Part shown: piece after piece, positions 49,225 to 62,998 of the stretch
Position numbering within the stretch: position 1 is the stretch's first letter
How the letters are laid out: each line of letters starts with the position of its first letter
Made by a program: the position numbers and the translations under genes
Notes under the pieces: model-generated
The model's database searches: none
Seen by the model: the letters and a program-made list of their open reading frames with translations, nothing else
What the model was told of the DNA's origin: nothing
DNA from: Octopus sinensis
Lineage: Eukaryota
Reading direction: 5' to 3'
Assembly: GCF_006345805.1 (NCBI RefSeq)
Contig: NC_043018.1
Location: 28,272,001-28,336,000 of the forward strand
DNA length: 64,000 nucleotides

Positions 49225-49846
49225 GATGAGCTGGACATTCGTTTAAGATTCCAACAAAATACTTTAGCTGTATTTCTTCTGCCTTTACGTTCTGAGTTCA
49301 AACTCCACCGAGGTCGAATTTACTTGTCATCCTTACGGGGTCGATAAAATATAGTATGAGTCTGGTAAAGGGGGACGCTGCAATCAACTACCTCTTCACC
49401 AACAAAACTTCAAACCTCGTGTCTATAAAACAAAAAAAAAAAATTATTATTCTTTTCTACTCTAGCCACATGGCCTGAAATTTTGGGGGAAAGGCCAGAT
49501 GATTAGATCGACCGCAGTACGCAACTGATACTTAATTTATCGACCCCGAAAGGATGAAAGGCAAAGTCGAACACGCTTGAATTTGAACTCACAACGTAAA
49601 CTCAAACGAAATTCGTATTTCTTTACGACCCACAAAGGGCTAAACACAGAGAGGACAAACAAGGACAGACAAACGGATTAAGTCGTTTACATCGACCCCA
49701 GTGCGTAACTGGTACTTAATTGATCGACACCGAATGGCTGAAAGGCAAAGTCGACCTCTGCATAATTTGAACTCAGAACGTAACGGCAGACGAAATACGG
49801 CTACGCATTTCGCCCGGCGTGCTAACGTTTCAACTAACTCACCTCC
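49225..49846. mobile_element. SINE family B cluster: one + copy (about 49225-49432) and two - copies (about 49440-49610, 49610-49846)
   Basis: Central domain present three times, in both orientations. Confidence 0.85.
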
Positions 49847-50235
49847 ATTTTGTTATTACTGTTATTATTGAGTGACAGAGTAGCATATGGGGTACATTAT
49901 ACAAAGACTAATATATAACTATCCTGACAACCAGTCTAAAAAGGGTGTACCAGGCGTATGCATCTCAATGATATGTGCCGAACATAGTGAAGTCGTATCT
50001 ACAGAAATATAGAAGTACATGAGCTTGCAGGTGGGAACCAGTTACAATTTTTCTACAGACCAGGTAGCACAATCCGTTCAAAAGGTCTCTGAATTAAGGT
50101 TGTAGAGGCTGTGTGGTAAGAGGCTTGCTAACCAGCCACATGGTCCCGGGCTCAGTCCTAAATTCTTGGGTCGATTTATCCGTCAAAAGACGGTGCTCCA
50201 GCAGAGCCGCAGTTAAAACAAATAAAAGAATAAAC

Positions 50236-50282
<47 letters not shown>

Positions 50283-50336
50283 ATATGTGTATATATAGAT
50301 AGATAGGTAGATAGATATAGATATATATATAGATAA

Positions 50337-50376
<40 letters not shown>

Positions 50377-50379
50377 TCA

Positions 50380-50560
50380 ATTCAAATAAACGAATTAAAA
50401 AATCGGATAAAAACGAAAAAATTGAACGTGAGGATGTGTTCCAGAAGTGATTAAGCTTGACGCTCGGTGAAAGGAGAGAGCTTGATATTTCGAGCATAGC
50501 CCTTAGTCTGAAAGGAGAAGGGGAGAGTCGAAAAGAAATCGCCAACAGCACACGTGTCTG
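50380..50560 (-). mobile_element. Family A-related repeat with a degenerate hammerhead motif
   Basis: CCTTT-CAGACTA-A-GGGC(TAT)GCTC-GAA-ATAT-C-AAG at 50481-50515. Confidence 0.6.
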
Positions 50561-50754
50561 TGTGACTGTGAGTGTGTCTACGTGTGTGCAAATATGACGT
50601 GTGTGTAGATATATGTATGGGTATGGCTATGTACGGTACTGTATTTCAGAGTTTATACTTAAAACCGGTGCAATATTTGACAGCTTGAGGTTAAAAGAAA
50701 TAAAACGTAAGTCAATCAGAAAAAAATAAATATCGATTATATAATACCAGTGTG

Positions 50755-51065
50755 TGGAGGCGCAATGGCCCAGTGGTTAGGGCAGCGGACTAGAAGTCGT
50801 AGTATCACGGTTCCGATTCCTATACCAGGCGTTGTGTGTGTTTATTGAGCGAAAACACCTAAAGGTCCACGAGGCTCCGGCAAGGGGTGGTGGTGACCGC
50901 TGCTGTACTCTTTCGCCACAACTTTCTCTCAATGTTTCTTCTGTTGGCTTGCTCGCTTAGCCAGCGGGGTGGCGTCATTTGAAGGCTAAAACAATGCAAA
51001 GCGCATTGTGACCAGCGATGTGTGGTAACATCTGATAGCCTGGTCGGTCACGGTGATCACGGTGA
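50755..51065 (+). mobile_element. tRNA-derived SINE family C
   Basis: GGAGGCGCAATGGCCCAGTGGTTAGGGCAGCGGACT...GGTTCCGATTCC head. Confidence 0.85.
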
Positions 51066-51699
51066 TAATACCAGAGTAAAATAAATACTTGGGTTGATAT
51101 GTTGAACTAAAACCTTGAGGAAGACAACTACAACATGGCTGCCGTCCAAAAATCTGAAGTCAAAATATGAATAAAAGAATATTCGATATATAAAAAAAAA
51201 TATGCTATTAATGAACACGACATTTTCACAAATGAAATATTCATATAATTTCTTATTTAGAATGGTACAAATGACGATTGTTTTAATGATGTTTTACATA
51301 GAACCTCTAGACCGACAAAGAAAATCTTCCTTAAGAGCTTTAAGCAATCTAATTATAAATGATATATTATGTTTGGTTTCAGGCATAAAAGAAAGGCTGA
51401 CCTATACGACCTACAGGGAAAAGCCTATTAACCATAATTTTATTGTTACCTTTATTCATAAACTAATGGTCATATGTATAATTAATGGGCAAAGGAATAT
51501 AAAATCATTATCATTAAACATACATACATATTATTATTATTATACATACATATTATTATCCTTATTATTAATATGATCTGATGGTTACTGTATTGAAAGT
51601 ATTTTGCGTAGGATTGGTGTTTTTGTTATATATTTGTCTGAATTTTGTTATATATATTTTCTGAATATTGTTATATATATTGTCTGAATATAATAATAA

Positions 51700-51707
51700 T
51701 AACATTA

Positions 51708-51756
<49 letters not shown>

Positions 51757-51795
51757 TATTATTATTATATTATTATTATTATTATATTATTATTA

Positions 51796-51827
<32 letters not shown>

Positions 51828-51903
51828 TATTATTATTATTATTATTATTTATTATTATTATTATTATTATATTATTATTATTCTTATTATTATATTATTA
51901 TTA

Positions 51904-51944
<41 letters not shown>

Positions 51945-51962
51945 ATATTATTATTATTATTA

Positions 51963-52018
<56 letters not shown>

Positions 52019-52103
52019 TAGTATTATTATTATTATTATTATATATTATTATTATATTATTATATTATATTATTATTATTATTATTATATTATTATTATT
52101 ATT

Positions 52104-52181
<78 letters not shown>

Positions 52182-52192
52182 TATTATTATTA

Positions 52193-52256
<64 letters not shown>

Positions 52257-52304
52257 GATTATTATTATTATTATTATTATTATTTATTATTATTATTATT
52301 ATTA

Positions 52305-52378
<74 letters not shown>

Positions 52379-52381
52379 TTA

Positions 52382-52425
<44 letters not shown>

Positions 52426-52578
52426 TATTATTATTATTATTATTATTATTTATTATTATTATTTTATTAATTATTATTATTATATTATTATTATTATTAT
52501 TATTATATTAGATTATTATTATTATTATTATTATTATATTATTATTATATTATATTATATTATATTATTATTATTATG

Positions 52579-52621
<43 letters not shown>

Positions 52622-52668
52622 CTTATTATTATTATTATTATTATATTATTATTATATTATTATTATTA

Positions 52669-52700
<32 letters not shown>

Positions 52701-52838
52701 TATTATATATTATTATATTATTATTATATTATTATATTATTATTACTATTATATACTATTATTATTATTATTATTACTATATTATTACTATATTATTATA
52801 TTATTATTATTATTATTATTACTTATTTTATATTATTA

Positions 52839-52888
<50 letters not shown>

Positions 52889-52899
52889 TATTATTATTA

Positions 52900-52934
<35 letters not shown>

Positions 52935-52989
52935 TATTATTATTATTGTTATTATTATTATATTATTATTATTATTATTATATTATTAA

Positions 52990-53020
<31 letters not shown>

Positions 53021-53040
53021 ATTTTTATTATTATTATTAT
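51700..53040. repeat. About 1.3-kb imperfect (ATT)n tract
   Basis: Direct reading. Confidence 0.97.
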
Positions 53041-53041
53041 T

Positions 53042-53594
53042 GGGTGAGAGAGCAGTGCATGCCATCAAAGTGACACTGGGGTAAAATATACAAAGCCCAG
53101 TATACCCATCATGACTACCCGTCTGATAAGGGTACAGTAGGCACATGCATCACAACCATATGTGCGCGACATGGTGATCTCATATGAAGATAAATAGCAC
53201 ATGACCTTGCAGGTGGGGCCCAGTTAGAATTTTCTTCAGGTCGAGTAACCCATTCCACTCGAAAGGTCCCTGAATAAGGGTTGTTTAAGGATGTTGAACG
53301 AAACACCCATGTTTCCAGAGGTGAATTATTCAAACCCCAAGAATCCTTCTCAACACATGGCTATGATGCTTCCCCACTACTTCTGCTCGTGATCAGAGAT
53401 GCACATACCGTCAGACACTAAGGGACATGCTCAACTGGTTAAAGTCAAACAACTGACAAGCAAATCTGTGGTATTGAGCAGAATATTTGCTGTAGCCCAT
53501 CTTTTATACCAACACAAAACAATGTACATGATAACACTGCCAATCAGTTAAGATCAGAAGCCACGAGAGCCACTGCCAGGTACTGCATAAGTGC

Positions 53595-53595
<1 letters not shown>
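53042..53595 (-). mobile_element. Family X, full-length copy
   Basis: Reverse-complement homolog of 46001-46554; (ATT)n on both sides. Confidence 0.9.
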
Positions 53596-53661
<66 letters not shown>

Positions 53662-53711
53662 CATCATTATCGTCATCATAATCATCATCATCATTATTAT
53701 TATTGTTATTA

Positions 53712-53920
53712 AGGCAGCGAGCCGACAGAATCGTTAGAACGCCCGGCGAAATGCTCAGCAGTGGTTCGTCTGCCGCTAAGTTCTGAGATCAAATTCCACC
53801 GAAGTCGACTTTGTCTTTCATCCTTTCGGGGTTGATAAATTAAGTACGAGTTGCGCACTCAGGTCAATCTAATCCGCTGGCCACCTCCAGCAAAATTCCG
53901 GGCCTTGTGTCTAGTGTAGA
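53712..53920 (+). mobile_element. SINE family B
   Basis: GGCAGCGAGCCGACAGAATCGTTAG head; GTCGACTTTGTCTTTCATCCTTTCGGGG. Confidence 0.88.
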
Positions 53921-53923
53921 TTA

Positions 53924-53965
<42 letters not shown>

Positions 53966-53991
53966 CATCATCATCATCATCATCATTTTTA

Positions 53992-54053
<62 letters not shown>

Positions 54054-54054
54054 G

Positions 54055-54104
<50 letters not shown>

Positions 54105-54161
54105 TTTATCATCATCATCATCATCATTATTATCATTATTATTATTGTTATTATTATCATC

Positions 54162-54208
<47 letters not shown>

Positions 54209-54237
54209 CATCATCATTATCATTATTATTGTTATAA

Positions 54238-54450
54238 AGACAGCGAGCCGGCAGTATCGTTAGCACACTGGGTGAAATGCTTAGCGTTATTCCGTGTGCC
54301 GCTAAATTCTGAGTTCAAATTCCGCCGAGGTCGATTTTGTCCTTCATGTTTTCAGCATCGATAGATTAAGTACCCGTGAAACACTGGAGGTCGATGTAAT
54401 CGAATTGTCCCCTCTCTCACAATTGCTGCTCTTGTGGCAAAATTTTAAAC
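54238..54450 (+). mobile_element. SINE family B
   Basis: Same head and central domain. Confidence 0.85.
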
Positions 54451-54469
54451 CATTATTATTATTATTATT

Positions 54470-57400
54470 CTATGATTGACTTTTGTCTTTTATGTCTGTA
54501 CAAGTTGACTCCAAGTCTCACCCAGAGACCTCAAGAGACAACAGGTTGGAAGTTCTTTGCCATATATTTGGGGTTTTTTTTTTGGTGTTGTACTAGTGAA
54601 TGTCTAATACATAAAAATAAAATTTTAAAAAAATAAATAAATAAAATAAAATAAATAAATAAAAAAGTTTGTTTTATACCTTGGGATTACATAGACAGTA
54701 TTTTGCGTAGGATATGAGCAGTTCCCATGAGCACTATCTTTTGAATTTCTGCCATTTTGGGGTTTCCTAGTATCTGAGTTAGGTAGCAATTAGTCCCTTT
54801 CGCTATCATTCCCAGGGCACCTATGACAACAGGTATTGCATTAGTCTTCAGCTTCCACATTTTGCTGATTTCTATTTAAAGATCTTTATATTTGCTCAGT
54901 TTTTGGTAGGTCTTGACAGATACGTTTATATCGATTGGGACAGTCATATCAATGAGGAGGCATGTTCTTTGTCTGAAGTCTTTCAATATGATGTCTGGCC
55001 TATTTGCATCTATCTTCCTGTCAGTTTGAATGGTGAAGTTCCAGAGGAGTGAGATGTGGTCATTTTCAAGCACTGGAGGTGGATTGTGTTCCCACCAGTT
55101 TTTTTCATGGGGCAAATCCAGGTTTTTGCAAATTACCCAGTGAATATATTGTGAAGCTCTAACATGCCTGTTGAGGTACTCTGTAGGCGCTAGAAGACTG
55201 CATTTGGAGACGACATAATCAATGGTTTCATTTTGTTGTCGGCATACACAACATGTTGGACTACTGCCGTTCTTTAATATGTTGGCCTGGTAGTTTCTTG
55301 TTGGTAGGCATTGATCTTGAGCTGCTATGATAAACCCCTCTGTTTCAGATTTTAAGCCAGAGGCCATTAGCCATTGATAGGTCAAGGCTTTGTCGATATC
55401 TGCATTATTCGCTCTCTTTGGGTATTTGCCATAGAGAGGTTTTTCTTGCCATTTATTATTCAGAATATCTAAGGCCGCAGTTTTGGCACGGGTTTTCATG
55501 CGCTTAGCTTTTTTTGTGCTTGTTTCTTGTATGTCTATCTCTAATTCCGAAATTGGTTGTATTCGGAATTCACTTAGATATTCCTTTGCCTGTTTTGTGA
55601 CTGAGTATGATGCTTTCTTGTTTTCATGTTTTGAGACAAGTTTTAACATCCAGTCCTCAGAGTTGTTCAGGTAAGTGTCTAGGCCAATTGTAGCAATCTT
55701 CATTGTTATTGCCAGTTGTAAAAGACCGCGGCCTCCCTCTTTTCTTGGCAGATAGAGTCGTTCTGTATCTGCCTTAGGGTGGTGCATTCTATGCATTGTC
55801 AACAGTTTCCTTATTTTTCTGTCGAGCTGGCATATTTCAGTAATTGACCAGTTAACAATATTGAAACTGTAAGTCACGACTGGTATAGCTAATGCATTGA
55901 TCGCTTCGATCCTGTTTCTTGCATTCTGTCTTGAGTATTGCTCTCACTCTTCGATAGCATTCTCTCCTGATCCTTTCCTTCATCTCTGAATGCCTTATTC
56001 CGTTCCCTTCAATTACCCCTAGGTACTTGTAGCTCTCCGCTGGGTCTAGTTCTTTTATGACATTCTGCTGGTCAAGGTTAACGTTAGATGTTTCTGTCAT
56101 TTTTTCCTTTGATAAAGGTAGCTTTTCCACATTTATCGAGGCCGAATTGCATTCTGATGTCGTCACTGAATTGTTTGACTATCGCTAGTAAGCCCTTGAG
56201 TTGTTGGTCATTTTTTGCAAAAATCTTTAAATCATCCATGTAAATGAGATGATTTATATTTTTATCAAACATTTTATACCCATACTGCGCATCATTGAGC
56301 AGCTTTGAGAGAGGTATTAAGGATAAACAAAAGAGGAGTGGTGACAGTGAGTCACCCTGGAAAATGCCACACGAAATGTTTACATCACCAGCATTTAGGG
56401 ATTCATTGTCACTGTTCAGAGTTAGTGTGGTTCTCCATGATCTCATACTTACAGTCAAGAAGTTTCGCAGAGTAGGTGCTATCTTATACATTTCCAGGCA
56501 TTTCCTAATCCAGCTATATGGTAGGCTATCAAAAGCCTTTTTATAGTCTATCCAGGCTATTGATAAGTTTTTGTGTCGTTTGTGACAATCTTCTAAGATC
56601 ATCTTATTGATGAGTAGTTGGTCTTTACAGCCGTAGGATCCACGTTTACATCCTTTCTGTTCATTAGGGAATATGCTGTTGTCTGTTAAAAAACTATAGA
56701 TATATTCCGTCAGGACAGATGTTAGCGTTTTGTACATAGTTGTTAAGCAGGTTATGGGTCTATAGTTTTTTAGTTCATTTGTTTCTTCACTTTTTGGAAG
56801 CAGGAATGTTAACCCATTAACTAGCCAAGGAGGCATCCTACTAGGGTGTTGCAAAACATCATTGTACAGTTCTGTTAGCAGTTCATGGCTCTCTGGAAAG
56901 GCATTCAGCCAGAAGTTAGGAATTTTATCCCTTCCTGGAGACTTCCACTTGCTTGACCTCCTGAGAGCAGATCTTATATCCTCTACCTTGACACCCTCCC
57001 ACGTTTGCTCTTCTAAGGGGTCCAGTTCTTTAGATATTCTGTCAATCCAGGGGGCCTTTTCGTTGTGTGTTTTTTCTTCTGCCTAGATTTTATTCCAAAA
57101 TCCCCGCACTTCTTTTGATGGTAGAGACCTTGCAGTAAACGCTGTTTTTCCTATCTTCCTGTAAAAATTCTTGGTGTTATTTTTGAACATGTTGTTTTCC
57201 TTGAAAAATCTAACACGCTTTTCATACCTCGCTATGCGGGCAGCTTTGGCAGATACCTTTTGTTTGATGGTTTCTATGGTGGCATCAATATCAAGTATAG
57301 TTTTCATATTGTATTTTTTCAGTAATTTTTGGGTTTTTGTAGGTTTGGTAGTCTTGTGAGCCTTAAGGTTTTTCAAATACTCAATGTCAGATCTAAATAT

Positions 57401-58612
57401 TTTAATTTGTTGTTGCAGACGCTCTTGCCAAGAAGGCTTTTTGTGGGAATGTTGCCGTTTTCTAATCTTCACACCACATAGGATCGTTGAGATTTTCGCG
57501 GATGCATATTATAGGTGGTTGAGGTTTGTGATATCAACATCATTAGCTGAAATTATATACTTATGTGCAAGCCGGATTTTACCAATTATTTTCATGTTTT
57601 GGTTGGAGTTGCGGATTTTAGGAAGTGTATCACGTTCATCCATGCTGGTTTCTTTAATTTTCAGCCATTCAATCATGATTTGATTTTTTAGCTCATGTAG
57701 TTCTGTTGGGTCAATATTTGTGTGACTTTCTTTATCTATTTGATGCTCATCTGTCTTAGTGTTTATGATTGGTTCAGGGAATATTTCACTTTGCCTATCA
57801 CTTATACTAACTCTTTCAATCCTCACTTCGTTTTTATCAGCCCTGGGCTGGTCTATAATTATTTCCTCTGTATTATCTTCTCTAGCTGCAGCTTTGTTCA
57901 TTTTATCCGATATTGCTTGTCTAAGTTGATCAATCTCTACTTCAGTCAGTAATTTCTTTTTTATAATGTTTCTTCTGACGTTGGCAAGTTTGTTACTGTC
58001 TATGTAGGGTCTTACTTTAGGGTGTTTCTGTCTCCAGTTTAAGTATGCTTGTACAGTGCTAGGTTTATCTGTGGGGAAATATATGGCATGGTAGAAGACC
58101 TCAAGAACTTCTTTATTATCTTCCCTAGACCATTTTTCCTTCTCTTTCTTTTGATTATTTGGTGATGAGCATGGATGGCCATCTGTTGGAATATTCCGGT
58201 TGTGGGGTACATCCAGCTCCTGTGTGTTGGGAAGATTTGATCCAGTAGCTGATTTTTCAATCAGAATTTGGTTCAATTTTCGGGTACGTGGTCTTTTGTA
58301 ATCCGCGCAATGACCAATGCGGTTTATTGTTTGATTTGTTGGCCTTGAAGCATGACGAGCTTCCATTCTTATATTAGGAGACGGATCTGTCAGTTTAGGG
58401 TTCACTACATGTAAGCATTGCTCATAGCGCCGATTCTTAAGACTAGCAGATCTATATTCGTCTATATTTTTTTGTTGATAGTTTTATCTCCGAACATTTT
58501 TTCCCTCTTCCTTTCTTCAAGGCTCACTCTGCCTGTATTAGTTCGAAATAATGAGAATAAAATACGGAGAAGGAAAAGAAAAAAAAAGGGAAAAAGACGG
58601 GATCTGTCAGTT
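54470..58612 (-). mobile_element. Near-full-length R4/Dong-clade non-LTR retrotransposon (RT + CCHC-type knuckle + restriction-like endonuclease), ORF broken
   Basis: N-terminal KWSREDN...KLANVRRNI domain. RT: YRPITCL, QKGC, WIDYKKAFDS, GIFQGDSLSPLLF, YMDDLK, FGLDKC. Knuckle CCVC..ETID(Y)VVSKC; RLE RPDII...IDMTVP...KYKDL. TAA-type repeats at both ends; about 5 frameshifts/stops. Confidence 0.95.
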
Positions 58613-59409
58613 ATTATTGTTATTACTATCACCTTCACCACCATCACCATCATCAGCAACATCACCATCACCATCATCATCATCAATGACATTGTTTTAT
58701 GTATAGCCACAGCCACTATCAACACTCCTACTGTCATTGTGTGGGAGAATGGTTGGTTAAAGAATTCATGTTCTTTGGGTCTATAAACAGATTCGGCCGA
58801 TGGTGGAGACAAAGGACGTTAATGGTCAGTAAAAGGTCAAGCCTGTTTACATTTATTTATTTTATTTTATTTTTTTATTTTTTTCCTTCTCTTTTCTTCC
58901 TCTCCACAAACATATGTATATGTATATGTATACTCACTCACACATATTATCTGATATTTACGTCGATGAATTTTTTTAATAAAATCTTTCTGAGTTCAAT
59001 GTTATGTATATATTTTTTTAATTTCTGAATTTAGTTGTATGTATATATTAGTAGGAGCTTAATTCCATAACTTTCTATCGTGCATTTAATTGTGTTGTTA
59101 CAATAAAAGGTAATTTAAAAGGCAATTTTACACATTCTTATAGTCATGAGAGACGACTAAATGTAAATGTTCACACAGAATTGGAGATATTTATGTTTCT
59201 AATTTTTCTTGTTAGGTGTACGTTTGTAGGAGCTGTAGATATGTAAGTTTTTTAACTTATTTTGAGGGAAATTCAAATTACTCACAGAAAACAGTAGATC
59301 TTCCAGTTTTCTACAGTTGTTTTTTTTTTCAGTTGTCCTGCTGAGTTCGCTGTTGCCAGTTCAGAGCATCGTAAAAATCCGTCCATCCTCTGTCACGTCC
59401 AGCCGCCTT

Positions 59410-59488
59410 CCTTCTTCTTCTGCTTCTTCTTCTTCTGCTTCTTCTTCTTCTTCTTCTTCTTCTTCTTCTTCTTCTTCTTCTTCTTCTT

Positions 59489-59565
<77 letters not shown>

Positions 59566-59590
59566 CATCATCATCATCATCATCATCCTC
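59410..59590. repeat. Ordered (TTC)n-(TTA)n-(TCA)n compound microsatellite
   Basis: Direct reading. Confidence 0.95.
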
Positions 59591-59591
59591 A

Positions 59592-59800
59592 TGGCAGCGA
59601 GCTATCAGGATTGTTTGCGCGCAGGAAGAAATGCTTAGCGATATTTTGCCCGTTGCTGTATTCCGATTTAAAATTCCGCCGAGGTGGACTTTACCTTTCA
59701 TCCTTTCGTGATCACTAAAATAATATACCGGTTGAGCATTGATATCAATATGATTGATTCCCCCTACCCACGAAAATTGCTGGCCTTGTGCCGAAACGTT
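59592..59800 (+). mobile_element. SINE family B, diverged
   Basis: GGCAGCGAGCTATCAGG...CCGCCGAGGTGGACTTTACCTTTCATCCTTTCG. Confidence 0.8.
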
Positions 59801-60557
59801 TTTGTTAACAACAAACAAGATGAGGACAAATATCCGTCAATTGTAAATAATGTACATAATTCCTCATCTATTAAATACAGAACTGTATCAAAGAATAATT
59901 TTAATTTTAATTGTTATAAATAATTATATTATTGTAAATAAAGATATGTTTCATAAGTAGTTGTTAATTTTTATACTTATTTATATTATACTTGTTTCAA
60001 CATGTATAATAATTTTATGCCAGCTCTTATGATAAAGATTACTAAATATTTATTATATTATATTCATTGTTCTAATGGCGCTTGATTAAAAACAAATATT
60101 TTATAATAATGTGGAAAAGTACAGTACATAGAATATTACTAATAATATATTGTTTTATATTTATTTAGATAATTAAGTAAATACTAGTTGAAGATGGATG
60201 GGTGGATGTATGGTTGGGTTAAAGGAAGCTATGAGAAAATATTCCACTTGCCATTCCCTTCCGTCACTTTACAGATTATGCTGACATTGTTACATAACAG
60301 AAGACAAATAGAGAAGGAGAGAGAGAGAGAGAGAGATGGGGTTTGATTGGGATAAATGTAGACACTAAGAAGGACCAAGAGACAAAAAGGAACAAATTTA
60401 CTGCGAGATAGAGAGAAAGATTGGGTAAGACAGACATCGGAAAAGTTGATAATTCAGAGAAAGAGCGAATAAGATGCCAAGAAAAAGAGAAACAAATACA
60501 GGAAGAAGAAAGTGTATTGAAGAGAGAGGGTGAGAAAGAGAGAGGCAATGTGTGTGT

Positions 60558-60605
<48 letters not shown>

Positions 60606-61029
60606 TTTGGAAACAAAGAGATTAAAAGTTAGAAAACCACACAGCAATGTAATTCAATATATTGCAACAATAGAATATAGCGATGTTTTTAGAGGAAAAC
60701 ACATTAAAATAGCGTGAAGAAAACTATATATATATATATATATGAAAAATACAAACAAAAATGTTGCAACATTTAAGCGACAATACAGATCGAAACTTTT
60801 AAGAAGATATACGCCGAAAGTTAATGGAACTATAATAACTTAAAAATGCAATATAGCGACAAAATTATGATAATATACTTTATATTATATACATTATATG
60901 AATTTGTCATAATGCTTTTTTGTCTGCTAATCAAAGTCTGCAAGTCCCCTCTGTTGTTGAGGTAAGGACTGGAATGTTCCATTAACCCCCGGTTGATATC
61001 ATATTGATTGTGATTCTTTGACAGTTTCA

Positions 61030-61600
61030 GTGAATGACAGCACAGATATCGCAATGATAAGGTTTCCCTTCTGTATGCAAACGTTGGTTGCTTAGTTGAC
61101 AGTTTGCATCGAAGGAATGATTTACTACAGATAGCAGAAAAATGCTTCGTTGTTTTTTTTTCTCTTGTATGAATGCGTTTGTGAGTTGCTCAAAATACTT
61201 AGAGAATGGTTTACCACAAATATTGCAGCAATATGGTTTCTTTCTGGCGCGAAAATGTTTGGGATTAGATAGGTAAGTATTTTTTCATTTATATTCTAGA
61301 AAAAAACCTTTTCACATATAATGATTCTATGTCTTTCATCAGGGACATCAGTCTGTTTAAACAGTATTTCACATTTAATGTTGGTTACACATAATACTCA
61401 TATGTTCTTTTCCTGAATCTCTGACCTCAGTAGGTAATTGATTCTCTTCTCCCGTACTAATACTTCCTTCGTTATCATTATATGATGAAGGTGCAAAACA
61501 GTGGTTAATCTAGGTTTAATATCCATACAAAATCATCATGAAAATGTTCCACACATTGAATCATGAATAGTTTGCTATCAACTTACATCAATTCTCTACA
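61030..61600 (-). pseudogene. C2H2 zinc-finger gene remnant (three degenerate fingers plus probable N-terminal leader)
   Basis: KKPYCCNICGKPFS...HKRIHTREK...ICSKSF...QRLHTEGKPYHCDIC across frameshifts; upstream broken frames DIKPRLTTVLHLH, NEGSISTGEENQL, IKCEILFKQTD. Confidence 0.75.
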
Positions 61601-61906
61601 AATATTGCACTTTTGCTCTACCATACCTACTATATAGATAGGTTTATATTTGCTTTGCATGGAATCTTTTTATCTTTAACAGATATTTCATTTTATTGAC
61701 TTCACTCACAACATTTTTCAACACCAATGTCGTTTGATATTATACTAATTTAGACCAAACCAAGAAGATGTTACTATTTATTCAAGTAAACACAAGACAC
61801 GGTGGACAATGACAGCTTCAAGTGAACTTCTACATTTTACAATAAACATTTATTTAAAGTTGGTTTTCCCATCAACATAATAAATAATGTAGCTATTTCT
61901 TTAGCA

Positions 61907-61943
<37 letters not shown>

Positions 61944-62110
61944 TACTACTACTACTACTACTACTGTTGCTACTTCTGCTGCTGCTGCTACTGCTACTGC
62001 TACTCTAACGACATCTTTGACTCGACTAAGCAATTTAAATAGAAGTTAACATTGTTGTATAACATTGGTAAAGAGATGCCGATTTGTACAAAAGATTACA
62101 TACATTCATA

Positions 62111-62142
<32 letters not shown>

Positions 62143-62623
62143 AGATCAAAGCCTGAGAAATCGGAAAACAATTTATGCGTTCAATCAGAAGCATTAAAGT
62201 AATTCCTTGCAGATGCGGAAGGCAAATGTAGTTGAGACCTCCAAGAGAAATAAAATCAGAAAGATATCAGGAAAAGTTCATTTCTTTGTCATCAATAGAA
62301 GATATAATTTTCTATTTAGCAGTGACAATAAACTTTATACCTAGCCTGAGACAGTGAAGACAGTCGCTCTAACGTGCCGACAACACTAATTTCATGCAGA
62401 TTTTCAGAATAACATCACCAGAATCCTCCCATATTAACAATTAACTTACGGAATATTTATTTTATATATATAGATATTAATATAGAGAGAGAGGGAGGAA
62501 AGAAAGAAAGAGAGAGAAAGAATATATAAAGTATATAAAAGTATGCATACATAGAAGACCTCACACCTCACACACACACATATATACGTGTATATGAAAA
62601 TATAAATATATATCTATATATCT

Positions 62624-62671
<48 letters not shown>

Positions 62672-62824
62672 AGGAAGAGAGAAAGAGAAAGAGAGAGAAT
62701 ATATAGAATATATACAAATATGCATACATAGACGACCTCACACACACCAATTTACATGTACATGAAGATATATATATCTATATATCGCTCTCCTTCTTTC
62801 TTTCTTTCTTTCTCTCTCTCTCTG

Positions 62825-62859
<35 letters not shown>

Positions 62860-62965
62860 ATATATGTATATATATATATATATACATGAATATTTATATT
62901 TACATATGTATCTGCACATATGCATACATTCATATATGCATGTACATGATATAAATGTAAATATG

Positions 62966-62998
<33 letters not shown>

